DNA of 64,000 nucleotides from an uncultured Hyphomicrobiales bacterium (GCA_964473465.1 CAYYPE010000002.1:48487-112486), one strand, 5' to 3'. Positions 29,868 through 40,929 are shown, counted from the first letter of the stretch. Made by a program: numbers and translations. Notes: generated by a model not told the origin, from the letters alone.

Positions 29868-30638
29868 TTATTTAGCCAGTTTTTTTTCAAAGGCTAAAAC
29901 TTTGTCAAGGTTCTGACTGTTTGGAAAATTTGTTTTAAAACTATTGATGATAAATTTTGCATCTTCGAATTTATTCTGCTCCATCAATATTTCAATTTTC
30001 ATAAGAATTGCTAATTCGTAGAACCGTGTATCGGGGAAGTCATCAATAATTAAATCAAGATAAATAATCGAAGCATTTGGGCTATATATAGTTCTGTAGA
30101 GATTAGCAATATTATAATTCTTTTCGGCAAGTTTGTTTCTTAATTCCTGAATAAAAATCCCAGCCTGTTCGTAGAGGGAATCACGAGGATAAGCTCTTTG
30201 AAATTCCTGAAAAGCATCAATTGCTTTTAATGTATATTCCTGATCTCTTTCGGGGTCAGGGGATAAATTATAATATGAAAGAGCTGTTTTATACATTGAT
30301 ATCCTTGCATATTCGCTGTTTGGATATAATCGCCTTAGCATATTATAATTAAAAGCCGCAAGAATGAACTCATCTTTTTTGAAGTTGATTTCTCCAAGGT
30401 AATATTGTGCATCGTCAGCATACTGACTGGCAGGATATTGCAGTTTGATAATATCAAAAATTTTACTGGCTTCGAGCAAATCATTATCATTAAAAAGCTC
30501 AATGCCTTTTTTGAACATTTCCTCGGCTGACTTAATTTCACTAACTTTGCTTGAACTGCAACTTATTATCAGGATTGATATTGATAATAATATCACAATT
30601 AAGGAAATTCTTTTCATTTTTATGATTAGAGATAACAA
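29868..30638 (-). CDS. bamD: Outer membrane protein assembly factor BamD (TPR lipoprotein)
   Basis: Lipobox ISCS, TPRs (YPASQYADDAQYY), DQEYT..AI..FQ.F...YP and LAEKNY.IA..Y. Confidence 0.85.
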   Translation of the reverse strand: MLSLIIKMKRISLIVILLSISILIISCSSSKVSEIKSAEEMFKKGIELFNDNDLLEASKIFDIIKLQYPASQYADDAQYYLGEINFKKDEFILAAFNYNMLRRLYPNSEYARISMYKTALSYYNLSPDPERDQEYTLKAIDAFQEFQRAYPRDSLYEQAGIFIQELRNKLAEKNYNIANLYRTIYSPNASIIYLDLIIDDFPDTRFYELAILMKIEILMEQNKFEDAKFIINSFKTNFPNSQNLDKVLAFEKKLAK

Positions 30639-30766
30639 TATTATTTATTTTTGTTAAATATAAATTTATAAATTAATAAATTCTGTTAAATTTTAACGAA
30701 TGAACGTTTTTCAATTTTTGATTAACAGATTTGAATTGACGTATTTAGGAAGAAAAAGGTTTCATA

Positions 30767-31507
30767 ATGGCTGAAAGTTATATTGTTTTCGATATCGAGA
30801 CTGTTGCTCTTGATTGGGAAAGTTTTTCTGAATCTCAACAGGAATACCTGATTCGCAATGCGAAAAACGAGGAAGAAATTGAGAAAAAAAAATCCGAAAT
30901 GGCTCTCTATCCCCTAACCTCTCAAGTGGTTTGCATTGGATTACAGTATGTCAAAATTGATGACAATGATATTGATACTATCGTGAAATATGCTTATGCA
31001 AAAGATGACTCCTTTGTTGAGGCAATTAAGCAAGAAAAAAATTTATCTGACGGAGTTGAATGGGAAATAGCCTCCGAAAAAATTATTCTGGCTAAATTCT
31101 GGGACTTAATTGAAAAACATATTAACTCGAAAGTTGTTACTTTTAATGGTAGAAATTTCGATATTCCTTTCCTTATGCTACGCTCTGCCCTTTTAGGAAT
31201 AAGACCAACAAAAAATTTGATGGCAGGAACAAAATATAATTATTCAGGATTCGGACATATTGACCTTCTTGATGAACTTACTTTCTATAACCCAAGTAGT
31301 TATGGAGCAACAAAAAGATTTAATTTTGATTTTTACACACGTGCTTTTGGAATTCCATCGCCTAAATCAGAAGGAATAGACGGTTCGAAAGTAGCTGAGT
31401 TTTACAAGGAAGGAAAATTACGGGAAATAGCTGAATACTGTCTGCGAGATGTAAGTGCAACGTGGGAATTATTTAAAATCTGGAAAAAATACTTAAAATT
31501 ACCATAA
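30767..31507 (+). CDS. Stand-alone PolB-like 3'-5' exonuclease (RNase H-like, DEDDy)
   Basis: FDIET, TFNGRNFDIPFL, HIDL, YCLRDV. Confidence 0.85.
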   Translation: MAESYIVFDIETVALDWESFSESQQEYLIRNAKNEEEIEKKKSEMALYPLTSQVVCIGLQYVKIDDNDIDTIVKYAYAKDDSFVEAIKQEKNLSDGVEWEIASEKIILAKFWDLIEKHINSKVVTFNGRNFDIPFLMLRSALLGIRPTKNLMAGTKYNYSGFGHIDLLDELTFYNPSSYGATKRFNFDFYTRAFGIPSPKSEGIDGSKVAEFYKEGKLREIAEYCLRDVSATWELFKIWKKYLKLP

Positions 31508-31588
31508 TCTGTTGAAAAGAAAACATTTTGAATTTCAAAAATATTTCTTATTTTAGAAATGCAGTTTTTTTTCAGCGAGGAGGTAAAA

Positions 31589-34500
31589 ATGAAATCAATA
31601 TTACCCACCCGTTTATTATTTGTAATTTTTGTTAATCTGATTGTCTTGACATCCAAGGCTTATTCCTGTCCCATTATCGAAGTTCCTTTGCCCGAAAGAG
31701 TAGGAAATTCATCTCTTATTGTCGAGGGAAAAATAACAGATAAGTTTAGTCTCTGGAATAATCAGCAAAATTTGATATTAACGCTTCATAAGGTAAAGGT
31801 TTTTAAGATATTTAAGGGAAGTATTCGAGAAACAGAAATTGAAATTCTGGCTGAGGGAGGAAGAATTGGCGATATCGATCATATAATTTATCCGAATGAT
31901 AATTTATCAATAGGAGATTATGGAATATTTTGCCTTGAAAAATCTGAATATTCAAGCTTATCCGGCTATAAGGGCAATTTTTATAAAATTTATGCAACAA
32001 AGCAGGGTTTTATTAAATATGATAAATTAAATAATATTGCAACTGATTATTTTAAAGAATACAAAGGACTGCCCGAAACCATTTATTCATTAATCGAGAA
32101 ACTAACAGGGCAAAAATTCAGAGAAATTCAGAAAAATGATTTATTTTTTGATGAAAAAAAAGATAAAAAGGATAAACCGCTTGTAACAATAAATTCATTT
32201 GCTCCTACCTCCATTACCGCTGGAACAGGCTCAATATTAGCAATTAACGGGACAGACTTCGGTGCTACCAGAGGCTCGGTTAGATTTAGAAATGCAGATA
32301 ATGGGGGAATTGACTATATAACTGTATCGGGAGCTACTTCTATTCCATACTGGTCAAATACCGACATATTGGTGATTGTTCCAAAAAATGCCTGCAGTGG
32401 CACCATTCAGGTTGTTAATTCACTAAACGATGTAGGAACTTCTTCAACATCTCTGAATATACCTTATGCAGTTCAGTCAGCTTCAGAAACATTACCCATA
32501 TTTCTCGTTAATTTAAATGGTAGTGGAGGCTATACCTTCAGGTTTTCCCAGACTTTTTTGAGGAATACAGCAGCCCTGAATGCTTTCCTTAGAGCCCTTG
32601 AAACATGGCGATGTGGGACTTATGTAAATTTTGGATACACACTTACCCCTGTTCAGGATTCTTGTCCGAGTTATAATAATGTTAATACAATAACATTTAC
32701 AAATCAGAATTGTGATCTTTCGGCAGGGCTTTTAGCTCAAACAAGATTTGCCTATACTAACTGTGGAACAGGAGCTTTTTTCTATGAAATGGATATTATA
32801 TTTTCGAGGGGAATAAATTGGAATTTCGATTTAAACAGAACCTGCACTGCTTGTGTTGACTTCCAGTCTGTTGCACTTCATGAAATTGGCCATTGCCATT
32901 GCCTCGCACATTCATGCGGCACTAATGATGTGATGTATTATTCACTTGCCAATGATGTTGAACGCCGTTTTTTAAATTATGATAGCGATCTTGCAGGAGG
33001 CAATTATATAATGGATAGCAGCAGGGTTTTTAATCGTTGCAGTCGCTCTCCGATGGAAGCCTTAAACAGTTCGAATTGCTCTGTAACTTATTCACCTGTT
33101 GCAAAATTCAACGTTTCAGCCACTCAGGGCTGCAAAAGTCTTTCCGTTAATTTTAACGATCAAAGCGAAAACAATCCCACAAGCTGGAGCTGGGATATTG
33201 ACAATAATGGCACTTATGATTATTTCATTCAAAATCCAAGTCACACTTATAATTCCCCGGGGAGTTATTCAGTTAAACTAAAAGTTACTAATGCCATTGG
33301 TAGTGATAGTTTGATAAAAAACAACATTATTAACGTTTATCCTTTGCCAAACCCAGATTTTCTGGGGGATTTATCCGTATGCGAAAATGACTCAGTTATT
33401 TATACCACAACAAGATTGAGTGGAAATTCTTATTTATGGTCGGTTACCGGGGGTAGAATTTCTGGGGTTAATAATTCTGATACTCTCAAGGTAATTTGGT
33501 CAGGGGGTCCCAATGGTTCTGTAACATTAAAGCAAACAGTAGATTCAACTGGCTGCACTGATTCTTTGACTAAAAGTGTAGTAATTAATCCATTACCATC
33601 GCCTAAAATCTCGGGTTATGAAAAGATATGTTTTGGCTCTCAAGCTGTATATACAATTACTCCAAAGCCAAACGTAAAATCAGAATGGTTTGTTAATGGA
33701 GGAATTATTAACGGACAGAGTACAAATGACTCAGTTATGGTCAAATGGAACAGTGCAGGCAATAATGCTGTAAAAGTCATTCAAACTGACACAATTACAG
33801 GATGCAGGGATTCAGCCTTATATTCTGTGATTGTTTATCCACTACCAGTTGTAGAATTTCATGGTGAAACAAATTCTTGTATAAATTCACAAATACTTTA
33901 CTATGTAAATGGAAACGACAGTTTATCTTACTACTGGTCAGTCATAAATGGCAGAATTCTTACTAATAAAGAAAATGACAGCGTTACGGTAATATGGGAT
34001 CATGTTGGGCAAGGGTCTATTAAAGTAGTTTTTGTTAACGATTCCACCTTATGTTTAGACTCATTGGCTTATGATGTAACAATATATCAAGGACCAAAAA
34101 ATCCTATATCCGGCGATACAGTAGTTTGCCTTAATACAATTGGTAATTATTATTCCATAAATGACAGTGGTATAGAATACAACTGGAAAGCAAACAACGG
34201 AACAATCTTGGGTTCAAATACTAATTATCAGGTTCAGGTGCTTTGGGATGTAAGGAGTAAAAACAGGTTAACGCTTGTTCAGAAAGATCTGGCTACCGGT
34301 TGTATTGACTCGACAATTTTCGATGTTACTGTCAATCCTTTGCCAAAGGCATCATTTAATGCTGGTGAGGAAGCTTGCTTAGGATGTCTTGTCAAATATA
34401 GTGCTAATTCATCTTTATTATTCTATAAGTGGGAAGCAAATAAAGGAAAAATTGAGGGACCGGATGATAAAAAGGATGTAAGTGTCAGATGGAATGACGA

Positions 34501-35314
34501 GGGAACTGGATATTTAAAACTTGTTTTCACAAGTCCAAATACATTGTGCAAAGATTCCACGACAAAAAATATTGAAATCAGGAAGTTGGAGCCACCTCCT
34601 ATTATTATTAGTTCTGATGTATGCGAGGGAACATTCGACACTGTGTTTACAAACAATAATCAGCTTTATTCACTAAAATGGCAAGTAAACGGAGCAAAAC
34701 TCGGAACTAATGAGAAAAATTCCTATGCAATTGTTTATTGGACTAATGCAGGTATTGCGAAAATAAAACTTATTAGAACCATCCAGTTTTACGATTATAT
34801 TGACTCTTCTGAAAAACAAGTAGTAGTCAATCCTAAACCAGAGAAACCATCAATAATAAAGGATAATGATAATCTGATATCTTCAATATCTGCAACAGAG
34901 TATGATTGGTATTTGAATGATTTGCTGATTGCCACAAATACACAAAATGTGTTTAAGCCATCAAAATCCGGAACATATAAGCTGAAAATAAAGAATGGAT
35001 TCGGGTGCTATTCTGATTTTTCTGACCCGGTAAATGTTTCTGTTGTTTCAGTTGATGATGGAAGTGTTTTGGGGAAATTAATAATCAAACCAAATCCTGC
35101 AAGTGATAAAATTTCTATTGAATTTACTGATAATGCTGATTTTACGGCAATTAAGTTTTTTGATATTATGGGCAAAGAAGTTGATATTATTCCTTTAAAT
35201 GTAATGAATAATGTCGTTGATATTGATTTATCTAATATCCCGCAGGGAATATACACAATCCAAGTAAAAGAAGGATCAAATATTTTTATAGGAAAAATAA
35301 TCGTAATAAAATGA
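31589..35314 (+). CDS. Secreted IPT/TIG + matrixin-like metalloprotease + PKD + six Ig-like repeats + T9SS C-terminal domain
   Basis: GGAGG SD before ATG 31589, HEIGHCHCLAH zinc motif with Met-turn DVMY, PKD FNDQS.NNPTSWSWD, six ~83-aa repeats, and C-terminal PNPA...QGIY. Confidence 0.82.
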   Translation: MKSILPTRLLFVIFVNLIVLTSKAYSCPIIEVPLPERVGNSSLIVEGKITDKFSLWNNQQNLILTLHKVKVFKIFKGSIRETEIEILAEGGRIGDIDHIIYPNDNLSIGDYGIFCLEKSEYSSLSGYKGNFYKIYATKQGFIKYDKLNNIATDYFKEYKGLPETIYSLIEKLTGQKFREIQKNDLFFDEKKDKKDKPLVTINSFAPTSITAGTGSILAINGTDFGATRGSVRFRNADNGGIDYITVSGATSIPYWSNTDILVIVPKNACSGTIQVVNSLNDVGTSSTSLNIPYAVQSASETLPIFLVNLNGSGGYTFRFSQTFLRNTAALNAFLRALETWRCGTYVNFGYTLTPVQDSCPSYNNVNTITFTNQNCDLSAGLLAQTRFAYTNCGTGAFFYEMDIIFSRGINWNFDLNRTCTACVDFQSVALHEIGHCHCLAHSCGTNDVMYYSLANDVERRFLNYDSDLAGGNYIMDSSRVFNRCSRSPMEALNSSNCSVTYSPVAKFNVSATQGCKSLSVNFNDQSENNPTSWSWDIDNNGTYDYFIQNPSHTYNSPGSYSVKLKVTNAIGSDSLIKNNIINVYPLPNPDFLGDLSVCENDSVIYTTTRLSGNSYLWSVTGGRISGVNNSDTLKVIWSGGPNGSVTLKQTVDSTGCTDSLTKSVVINPLPSPKISGYEKICFGSQAVYTITPKPNVKSEWFVNGGIINGQSTNDSVMVKWNSAGNNAVKVIQTDTITGCRDSALYSVIVYPLPVVEFHGETNSCINSQILYYVNGNDSLSYYWSVINGRILTNKENDSVTVIWDHVGQGSIKVVFVNDSTLCLDSLAYDVTIYQGPKNPISGDTVVCLNTIGNYYSINDSGIEYNWKANNGTILGSNTNYQVQVLWDVRSKNRLTLVQKDLATGCIDSTIFDVTVNPLPKASFNAGEEACLGCLVKYSANSSLLFYKWEANKGKIEGPDDKKDVSVRWNDEGTGYLKLVFTSPNTLCKDSTTKNIEIRKLEPPPIIISSDVCEGTFDTVFTNNNQLYSLKWQVNGAKLGTNEKNSYAIVYWTNAGIAKIKLIRTIQFYDYIDSSEKQVVVNPKPEKPSIIKDNDNLISSISATEYDWYLNDLLIATNTQNVFKPSKSGTYKLKIKNGFGCYSDFSDPVNVSVVSVDDGSVLGKLIIKPNPASDKISIEFTDNADFTAIKFFDIMGKEVDIIPLNVMNNVVDIDLSNIPQGIYTIQVKEGSNIFIGKIIVIK

Positions 35315-35360
35315 TTGAGAGGCTATCTCAACAGGACAGTTCCGCTTTAATAAATAATAG

Positions 35361-35434
35361 TAGCCACGACTAAGTATCCACGAGCTTGAGCTCGTGGATA
35401 AGATAAAACAAACAAACCGACGGCTTTAGCCAAA
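35361..35434. repeat. Left REP-like cluster of the RAYT element
   Basis: Palindrome TATCCACGAGC-TTGA-GCTCGTGGATA (35375-35400), half copy TAGCCACGAC (35361), and CGGCTTTAGCCAAA (35421-35434). Confidence 0.8.
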
Positions 35435-35451
35435 ATCGACAGAAATTAAAT

Positions 35452-35877
35452 ATGCCCTATATTAAAATATGGATTCATTTAATATTCTCTACAAAGAATC
35501 GGGAACCTTTAATTACCAAAGAAATAATATCTGAAATAATCGGGCATATTAAATCAAATGCCAAGGCAATAGATATTTATATTGATTTAATTAATGGAGT
35601 TAAAGACCATATTCATATACTTCTTTCGTTAGGAAGTGAACAAAATATCGCAAAAATTGTTCAGATGATTAAGGAAGAATCATCTTTTTGGATAAGCAAG
35701 AATAAAATCTCAAAATCAAAATTTGAATGGCAGGATGAGTATATTGCTTTATCAGTTAGCGGATCAAATGTTGATAAAATTAGGGAGTATATCAAGAATC
35801 AGGAAGAGCATCATAGAGTAAAGACATTTGCAGAGGAATATGAAATGTTTATAAATAAAATAAAAGAATTTGGCTAA
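35452..35877 (+). mobile_element. tnpA: IS200/IS605-family Y1 transposase (REP-associated tyrosine transposase-like); no tnpB
   Basis: WIHLIFSTKNR, HUH motif DHIH, catalytic YIKNQEEHH; flanked by palindromes. Confidence 0.9.
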
Positions 35878-35961
35878 AGCCGATTTGTGTATATATTATT
35901 ATATCCACGAGCTAAAGTTCGTGGCAATTCAAGAATAGCCACGGCTTTTAAGTCGTGGGTA
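35869..35961. repeat. Right REP-like cluster of the RAYT element
   Basis: TTTGGCTAAAGCCG (35869-35882, exact reverse complement of the left 14-mer), TATCCACGAGCTAAAGTTCGTGG (35902) and TAGCCACGGCTTTTAAGTCGTGG (35936). Confidence 0.8.
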
Positions 35962-35986
35962 ATAAAAATCAGAAATGTATTTAAAG

Positions 35987-36145
35987 CTATACTGCTGGAA
36001 AAAATATATAGCTTATTGTAACTAATACCCCCAGAAGAATCACTCCGGTCAGGATAGAGTAAAAAATTAGTTTTTTCTCCACTGGATCAAGTGGTTCATA
36101 TTCCATTTTTTTAATTTCATCTGCAATTTTCGGGTTATCTGTCAT
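35987..36145 (-). CDS. Small single-pass membrane protein downstream of the YeiH-like transporter
   Basis: 52 aa MTDNPKIADEIKKMEYEPLDPVEKKLIFYSILTGVILLG...; SD-like GAGGG; one TM helix. Confidence 0.7.
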   Translation of the reverse strand: MTDNPKIADEIKKMEYEPLDPVEKKLIFYSILTGVILLGVLVTISYIFFPAV

Positions 36146-36167
36146 TTTTATCCCTCTTAAAACTAAA

Positions 36168-37610
36168 TTACAAAACAGGAGGTTTGGCACCATGGAAAAA
36201 GAGCCATGATATCAGCAATCCTATCCATATAATGAATCCGAACAGACATAATATATAAATAGCAGCAAGTTTACCAATACCTTCTTCCCAAAGTTTTTTG
36301 AAATTGGATACCACTCCGATGGTAAAGAAAGTCATAACAAAGAAAAGTTGACGGAAGATATTTCCTTCCTCGCTTGCTATCTTAGCCATTTTGATTGTTT
36401 CCGGAAAACTAAGACAAAGAATAAGAAAAACTATAAAAGTAAGAACATAGCCTATAACAAATTTGGGAAATCTATCCCAGATTTCCTTTCCCGAGGGTTT
36501 TTCCCCGGTTTTACTTTTATTGATTTTAGCTGTCCAGATATAGGCAAGAACGAAAGCCCAGATACCAATAAAAACGTCGATGAAAACTTTGACGGTTGTG
36601 GCTGTCATAAGTATCCATCCTTCTTTGTAGTTGATCCCGGAGACTGCAAGAGCTTTAGCCCTTATTAAGCCATCTGTTATGGCACCGCTGGCTACAGCAG
36701 CTCCATCTGTTTTAACGGCTAAACCCATCCATGCACCAGCGACAAGAGGCTCATTATACAGAAACGTTTGTGCAAGAAATGGTAATAGTAAAAGCTCAAC
36801 AACTGCAAAGACAACAACTAAAGATGAAACCATTATTGGAATAATGGGTCTGCATCTGATTGCTCCTCCAGTGGCGATAGCAGCTGATACACCACAAATT
36901 GAGATTCCTGAAGCCAATGGGGCAGCCCATTCTTTACTAAACTTAAAATATTTTCGGGCAATATAATAAACAAAAGCCCAGTAAATCAGATATGCAACAA
37001 TTATCGAACATAAGCCCATAAACAATATAGCAGAAGCAAGCGTTGCAGATTCGGCTGCTTTCACTCCAAGAGAGGCACCCATGATTACTATTGCAGTTTT
37101 GATATATAATTCTGGTTTAGTGGCTTCGTTAAGAAACTTTGAAAAGCCCGGCATAAAATTTCCGACAATTAAGCCTGCAAGAAGAGCTATGATATAACCT
37201 GCCTCCCCAGTGAGATTCAATGACCAGCTAATTTTATAGTTGTCGAGTTTGTCCGGGGTTGCGGCTATATAAGCATAATGACCTAAGATCCATGAAATAT
37301 AGCTTATGGCAAATACTACCGTGAAACTAAACATAAATTTTTTTATGTCAAGCTTTAATGCTCTGGCTCCAATTGTCATAATTATGAGCATAAAAATAAA
37401 TGTCAGAAATATTGAAAATAATGGGGATAGTGAAGAAAAAGATTCTGAAATACTTTTTGTTGACTGTTCAATGGAAATCCAAACATTCGTCTTTGCTGAC
37501 CAGCCAAGTAAGTCAATGCCAAAAAAAATACCGAGACTTAATAAAAATATAGCTAAACCCAACCATAGGGCTAACCAGTCTTCGCTAAGTTTTTTTTCTT
37601 TAGGTTCCAT
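36168..37610 (-). CDS. YeiH / putative sulfate exporter family membrane protein
   Basis: Polytopic; PELYIKTAIV, LASGISICGVSAAIA, WMGLAVKTDGA, RFPKFVIG. Confidence 0.8.
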   Translation of the reverse strand: MEPKEKKLSEDWLALWLGLAIFLLSLGIFFGIDLLGWSAKTNVWISIEQSTKSISESFSSLSPLFSIFLTFIFMLIIMTIGARALKLDIKKFMFSFTVVFAISYISWILGHYAYIAATPDKLDNYKISWSLNLTGEAGYIIALLAGLIVGNFMPGFSKFLNEATKPELYIKTAIVIMGASLGVKAAESATLASAILFMGLCSIIVAYLIYWAFVYYIARKYFKFSKEWAAPLASGISICGVSAAIATGGAIRCRPIIPIMVSSLVVVFAVVELLLLPFLAQTFLYNEPLVAGAWMGLAVKTDGAAVASGAITDGLIRAKALAVSGINYKEGWILMTATTVKVFIDVFIGIWAFVLAYIWTAKINKSKTGEKPSGKEIWDRFPKFVIGYVLTFIVFLILCLSFPETIKMAKIASEEGNIFRQLFFVMTFFTIGVVSNFKKLWEEGIGKLAAIYILCLFGFIIWIGLLISWLFFHGAKPPVL

Positions 37611-37822
37611 AATGACTCTTGTTAATTTGGAACATAAAATTTTCTAAAAAATATAAATTTTTTTTAATACTGGCTAAAACAATTACTGAAAAATTAATTT
37701 TGTAACATAATTTGTGTTTTTTTGACTCATTTTCTGTTAATTATACTTAAAAAGCTTTATTTATCTTGAGCAATGTAAATACAAATAAATACAGTAACAT
37801 AGCAATATTTCACCAACTTCTC

Positions 37823-37838
37823 TTAACCAATTATTAAC
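37823..37838 (+). promoter_or_regulatory. Direct repeat TTAAC-N6-TTAAC (11-bp period) upstream of the TonB-dependent receptor
   Basis: TTAACcaattaTTAACag; a matching arrangement lies upstream of the next gene. Confidence 0.45.
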
Positions 37839-37917
37839 AGTAAATTTATTTATTATTCATACTATAAAACCAAATTGCATTTGGTTAATTATAAATAATG
37901 TAATTTTTGAGGTTTTT

Positions 37918-40794
37918 ATGGATTTCCATTTTCAAATAAAGACAGTAATAACTGTCTTTATTTTATTTTTATCATTTTTTGTAAGTCCCTTATTATGGGC
38001 TAATACTGGAAGTATAACCGGCAAGGTTATTGATTCTGAATCCGGTTCTCCTCTTAGAAGTGCGACAATAATGGTCAAGAACACCAAATTAGGTGCTTTC
38101 TCTGATGTAAAGGGAGAATATAAAGTTCGAAATTTAACACCTGGAGTTTATACATTAAAGGTCAGCTATGTAGGTTATCTACCAAAAGAAATTGAAAATA
38201 TCGAAGTTCCCTCTTCACAAGAAGTCAATATAACAGTAGTTCTTCAACCAGAAACAAAAATGACCGAAGAAGTCATTGTTGACGCAGTAAGGTCAAATGA
38301 CAATCAGGCAGCAATTTTAGCTATCAGAAAAAATGCCTCAAACGTAAGCGATGGTATTGGTATTGAAGAAATAAAAAAACTACCGGATTCAGATGCGGGA
38401 CAGTCTCTGAAAAGAGTTACCGGAGTTACTCTTGTTGATAATAAATTCATCTATATCAGAGGAGTAAGCGAAAGATATAGCAATACAACACTCAACGGAG
38501 CTGCTGTAACAACAACAGAGCCAGATAAAAAAGCATTTTCTTATGATATTTTCCCCTCGGATTTGCTTGAAAATATCAGTGTTGTTAAATCCTTCACTCC
38601 AGACCTTCCCGGCAATTTTGCAGGTGGTCTTGTTCAGCTTAATACAACAAATTTCCCCGATAAATTCAGCTTAAAGTTTTCAACCTCTACCAGTTTCAAT
38701 ACAAATGTTACAGGTAAAACTGATGCATTTATTTATTCTCCCGGAGGCTCAACTGACTGGCTTGGATTTGATGATGGAACAAGAGCTCTGCCAGCAGATT
38801 TTCCTGCCAACAGGCGAGAAATTGACCAACTGAGAACAAGTTCTTACAATCCTTATGATACAACTGGTGCAAAAGAAAGATATGAAGCATTAGCCAAAAA
38901 ATTCAATTCTAAATCTTGGAGACAGGACAGAAAAACCATTAATCCTTTTGACAACAGGAGTTTTAGCTTCAGCTTCTCAGATGCTTATGATATAGCGGAA
39001 GACAGCCGTTTTGGTATAGTCAGTTCATTAAATTATAGTAATTCCTATTCTCTTAATTACCTTGAAAGAAACAGGTTAACTGCTGATGGAAGTGAGTTTT
39101 ATTTAGCAGATGGAACCGTAGCAATCCGCTCTGTTAATATCGGTGGTCTATTAAACCTTGCTCTTAAATTAGGGCCTAACCATCAGATCGGTTTCAAAAA
39201 TGTTTATTCAAGAAGCGCCGATGATGAAGCAACTCAATTGGAAGGTCAGGATGTTGCTTATCAATTTCTCGACTATAAGAATTTTAGTACTCATTATACA
39301 CAAAAAGAGTTGTATTCAGCTCAGTTGAATGGAGATCATAATTTATTCTCAAATAACACTCTGGTCGAATGGAGATTTGGATATTCAAAATCACACAGAG
39401 ATGAACCTGACTATAGAAGGATCAGATTTGCAAGACAGTTAGCTGATGCCCAGCAAAATCCAAATACACCCTATTCCCCCGAAATCGTATATACTGAATA
39501 TGGCGATGGCGCAAGGGTTGGAAGGTTTTATTCAAATCTGGATGATAATATTTTTTCCGGAGCTCTCAACCTGACTATCCCTCTTGGACAGATGAAAATA
39601 AAAGTAGGGGCACTAACAGAAAATAACGAAAGAGATTTCAATGCAAGGTCAATCACTATTATCACTCCACCTCAAGGTTTGGCTGATGATATTGATTCAA
39701 TATTATATGATTACAAAAATCCTGACAGGATATTTGCTCCTGAAAATTTCAGAGTTGAAGACGGATTCAGAATTAGTGAAGATTCAAAATTAATGGATTC
39801 TTATTCTGCAAGCGAAAATCTTTGGGCACTTTATTTTATGCTTGATTTGCCCTTCAAGGTTTTCAATCAGGACTTGAGATTTATCGGTGGTGTCCGCTAT
39901 GAAAACAGCCATCAAAAACTTAATAGTTATATGATAAATGATGAGAAAGTTGAAGTAAACAATATTAATCAAGATCTTCTTCCTTCAATTAATTTAATCT
40001 GGAAGGCAGATGAATTAACCAATTTAAGATTATCATACTCAAAAACACTAACAAGACCCACTTTCAGGGAATATGCACCATTTGCATTTTTTGACTTTCT
40101 GACTCAATTTTTAGTCAGAGGAAACCCAAGCCTTGTTCGTGCTTTGATTGAAAATTATGACTTAAGATATGAATTATTCCCTCAGGCTGGCGAAGTTATC
40201 TCTGTTGGCGTATTTTATAAGACATTCGATAATGCAATCGAAGAAACCATTTTCCCACAACAAAGTGAAATTTCCAGAACTTATGACAATGCCAAAGGAA
40301 CTGCCCGTAACTACGGCGTAGAATTCGAAATAAGAAAAAATCTTGGAACAATATTTAGTTTTTTGAATAATTTTACAATTAATTTAAACCTTGCTCTTAT
40401 AAAATCCGAAATAACCGTTTTGCAGGGTGGTAAGGGAACTGAAGATACCCGTTCAATGTGGGGACAGTCGCCATATACCTTTAATTTAGGTTTATTCTAC
40501 TATCAACCAGACTGGAAAACATCGGTTAATCTGGGGTATAATATTTATGGCAGGAGAATTATTCAAGTTGCACAGCAAGGTATATATACATTTAAAGATC
40601 CACACATTTACGAATTACCAAGGAATATGTTAGACTTTTCCATCATTCAACCGATTTTTACAAATATGGAGTTGAAACTCACGTTTAAAAATTTGCTGAA
40701 TGAAAAGACTATTTACGAGCAAGGTGGTAAAACTGTAGATCTTAATAATTATGGAACAGATATAACATTTGGGATAAGTTACAAAATCCAATAA
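37918..40794 (+). CDS. TonB-dependent receptor with N-terminal carboxypeptidase-regulatory-like domain
   Basis: GSITGKVID, plug LKRVTGVT...[31 protein letters not shown]-terminal FKNLLN...GISYKIQ. Confidence 0.92.
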   Translation: MDFHFQIKTVITVFILFLSFFVSPLLWANTGSITGKVIDSESGSPLRSATIMVKNTKLGAFSDVKGEYKVRNLTPGVYTLKVSYVGYLPKEIENIEVPSSQEVNITVVLQPETKMTEEVIVDAVRSNDNQAAILAIRKNASNVSDGIGIEEIKKLPDSDAGQSLKRVTGVTLVDNKFIYIRGVSERYSNTTLNGAAVTTTEPDKKAFSYDIFPSDLLENISVVKSFTPDLPGNFAGGLVQLNTTNFPDKFSLKFSTSTSFNTNVTGKTDAFIYSPGGSTDWLGFDDGTRALPADFPANRREIDQLRTSSYNPYDTTGAKERYEALAKKFNSKSWRQDRKTINPFDNRSFSFSFSDAYDIAEDSRFGIVSSLNYSNSYSLNYLERNRLTADGSEFYLADGTVAIRSVNIGGLLNLALKLGPNHQIGFKNVYSRSADDEATQLEGQDVAYQFLDYKNFSTHYTQKELYSAQLNGDHNLFSNNTLVEWRFGYSKSHRDEPDYRRIRFARQLADAQQNPNTPYSPEIVYTEYGDGARVGRFYSNLDDNIFSGALNLTIPLGQMKIKVGALTENNERDFNARSITIITPPQGLADDIDSILYDYKNPDRIFAPENFRVEDGFRISEDSKLMDSYSASENLWALYFMLDLPFKVFNQDLRFIGGVRYENSHQKLNSYMINDEKVEVNNINQDLLPSINLIWKADELTNLRLSYSKTLTRPTFREYAPFAFFDFLTQFLVRGNPSLVRALIENYDLRYELFPQAGEVISVGVFYKTFDNAIEETIFPQQSEISRTYDNAKGTARNYGVEFEIRKNLGTIFSFLNNFTINLNLALIKSEITVLQGGKGTEDTRSMWGQSPYTFNLGLFYYQPDWKTSVNLGYNIYGRRIIQVAQQGIYTFKDPHIYELPRNMLDFSIIQPIFTNMELKLTFKNLLNEKTIYEQGGKTVDLNNYGTDITFGISYKIQ

Positions 40795-40819
40795 GCTCTT
40801 ACATTTCATAGTTTTAAGC

Positions 40820-40856
40820 ATATATTAAGGTGGTAAAATTTACCACCTTAATATAT
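40820..40856. terminator. Near-perfect palindrome (18-bp arms) after the TBDR
   Basis: ATATATTAAGGTGGTAAA-A-TTTACCACCTTAATATAT followed by Ts. Confidence 0.75.
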
Positions 40857-40913
40857 TTTTCATACAAGTTTTGCAGTTAAAAAACATGAAATTCACATTA
40901 TATAAATGATAAA

Positions 40914-40929
40914 TTAACAAATACTTAAC
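40914..40929 (+). promoter_or_regulatory. Second TTAAC-N6-TTAAC direct repeat, upstream of the beta-helix gene
   Basis: TTAACaaatacTTAACt about 65 nt before ATG 40995. Confidence 0.45.

Noticed and set aside
35361-35961. CRISPR array
   Set aside because: The repeats are few, palindromic and irregularly spaced around a transposase; no repeat-spacer periodicity and no cas genes
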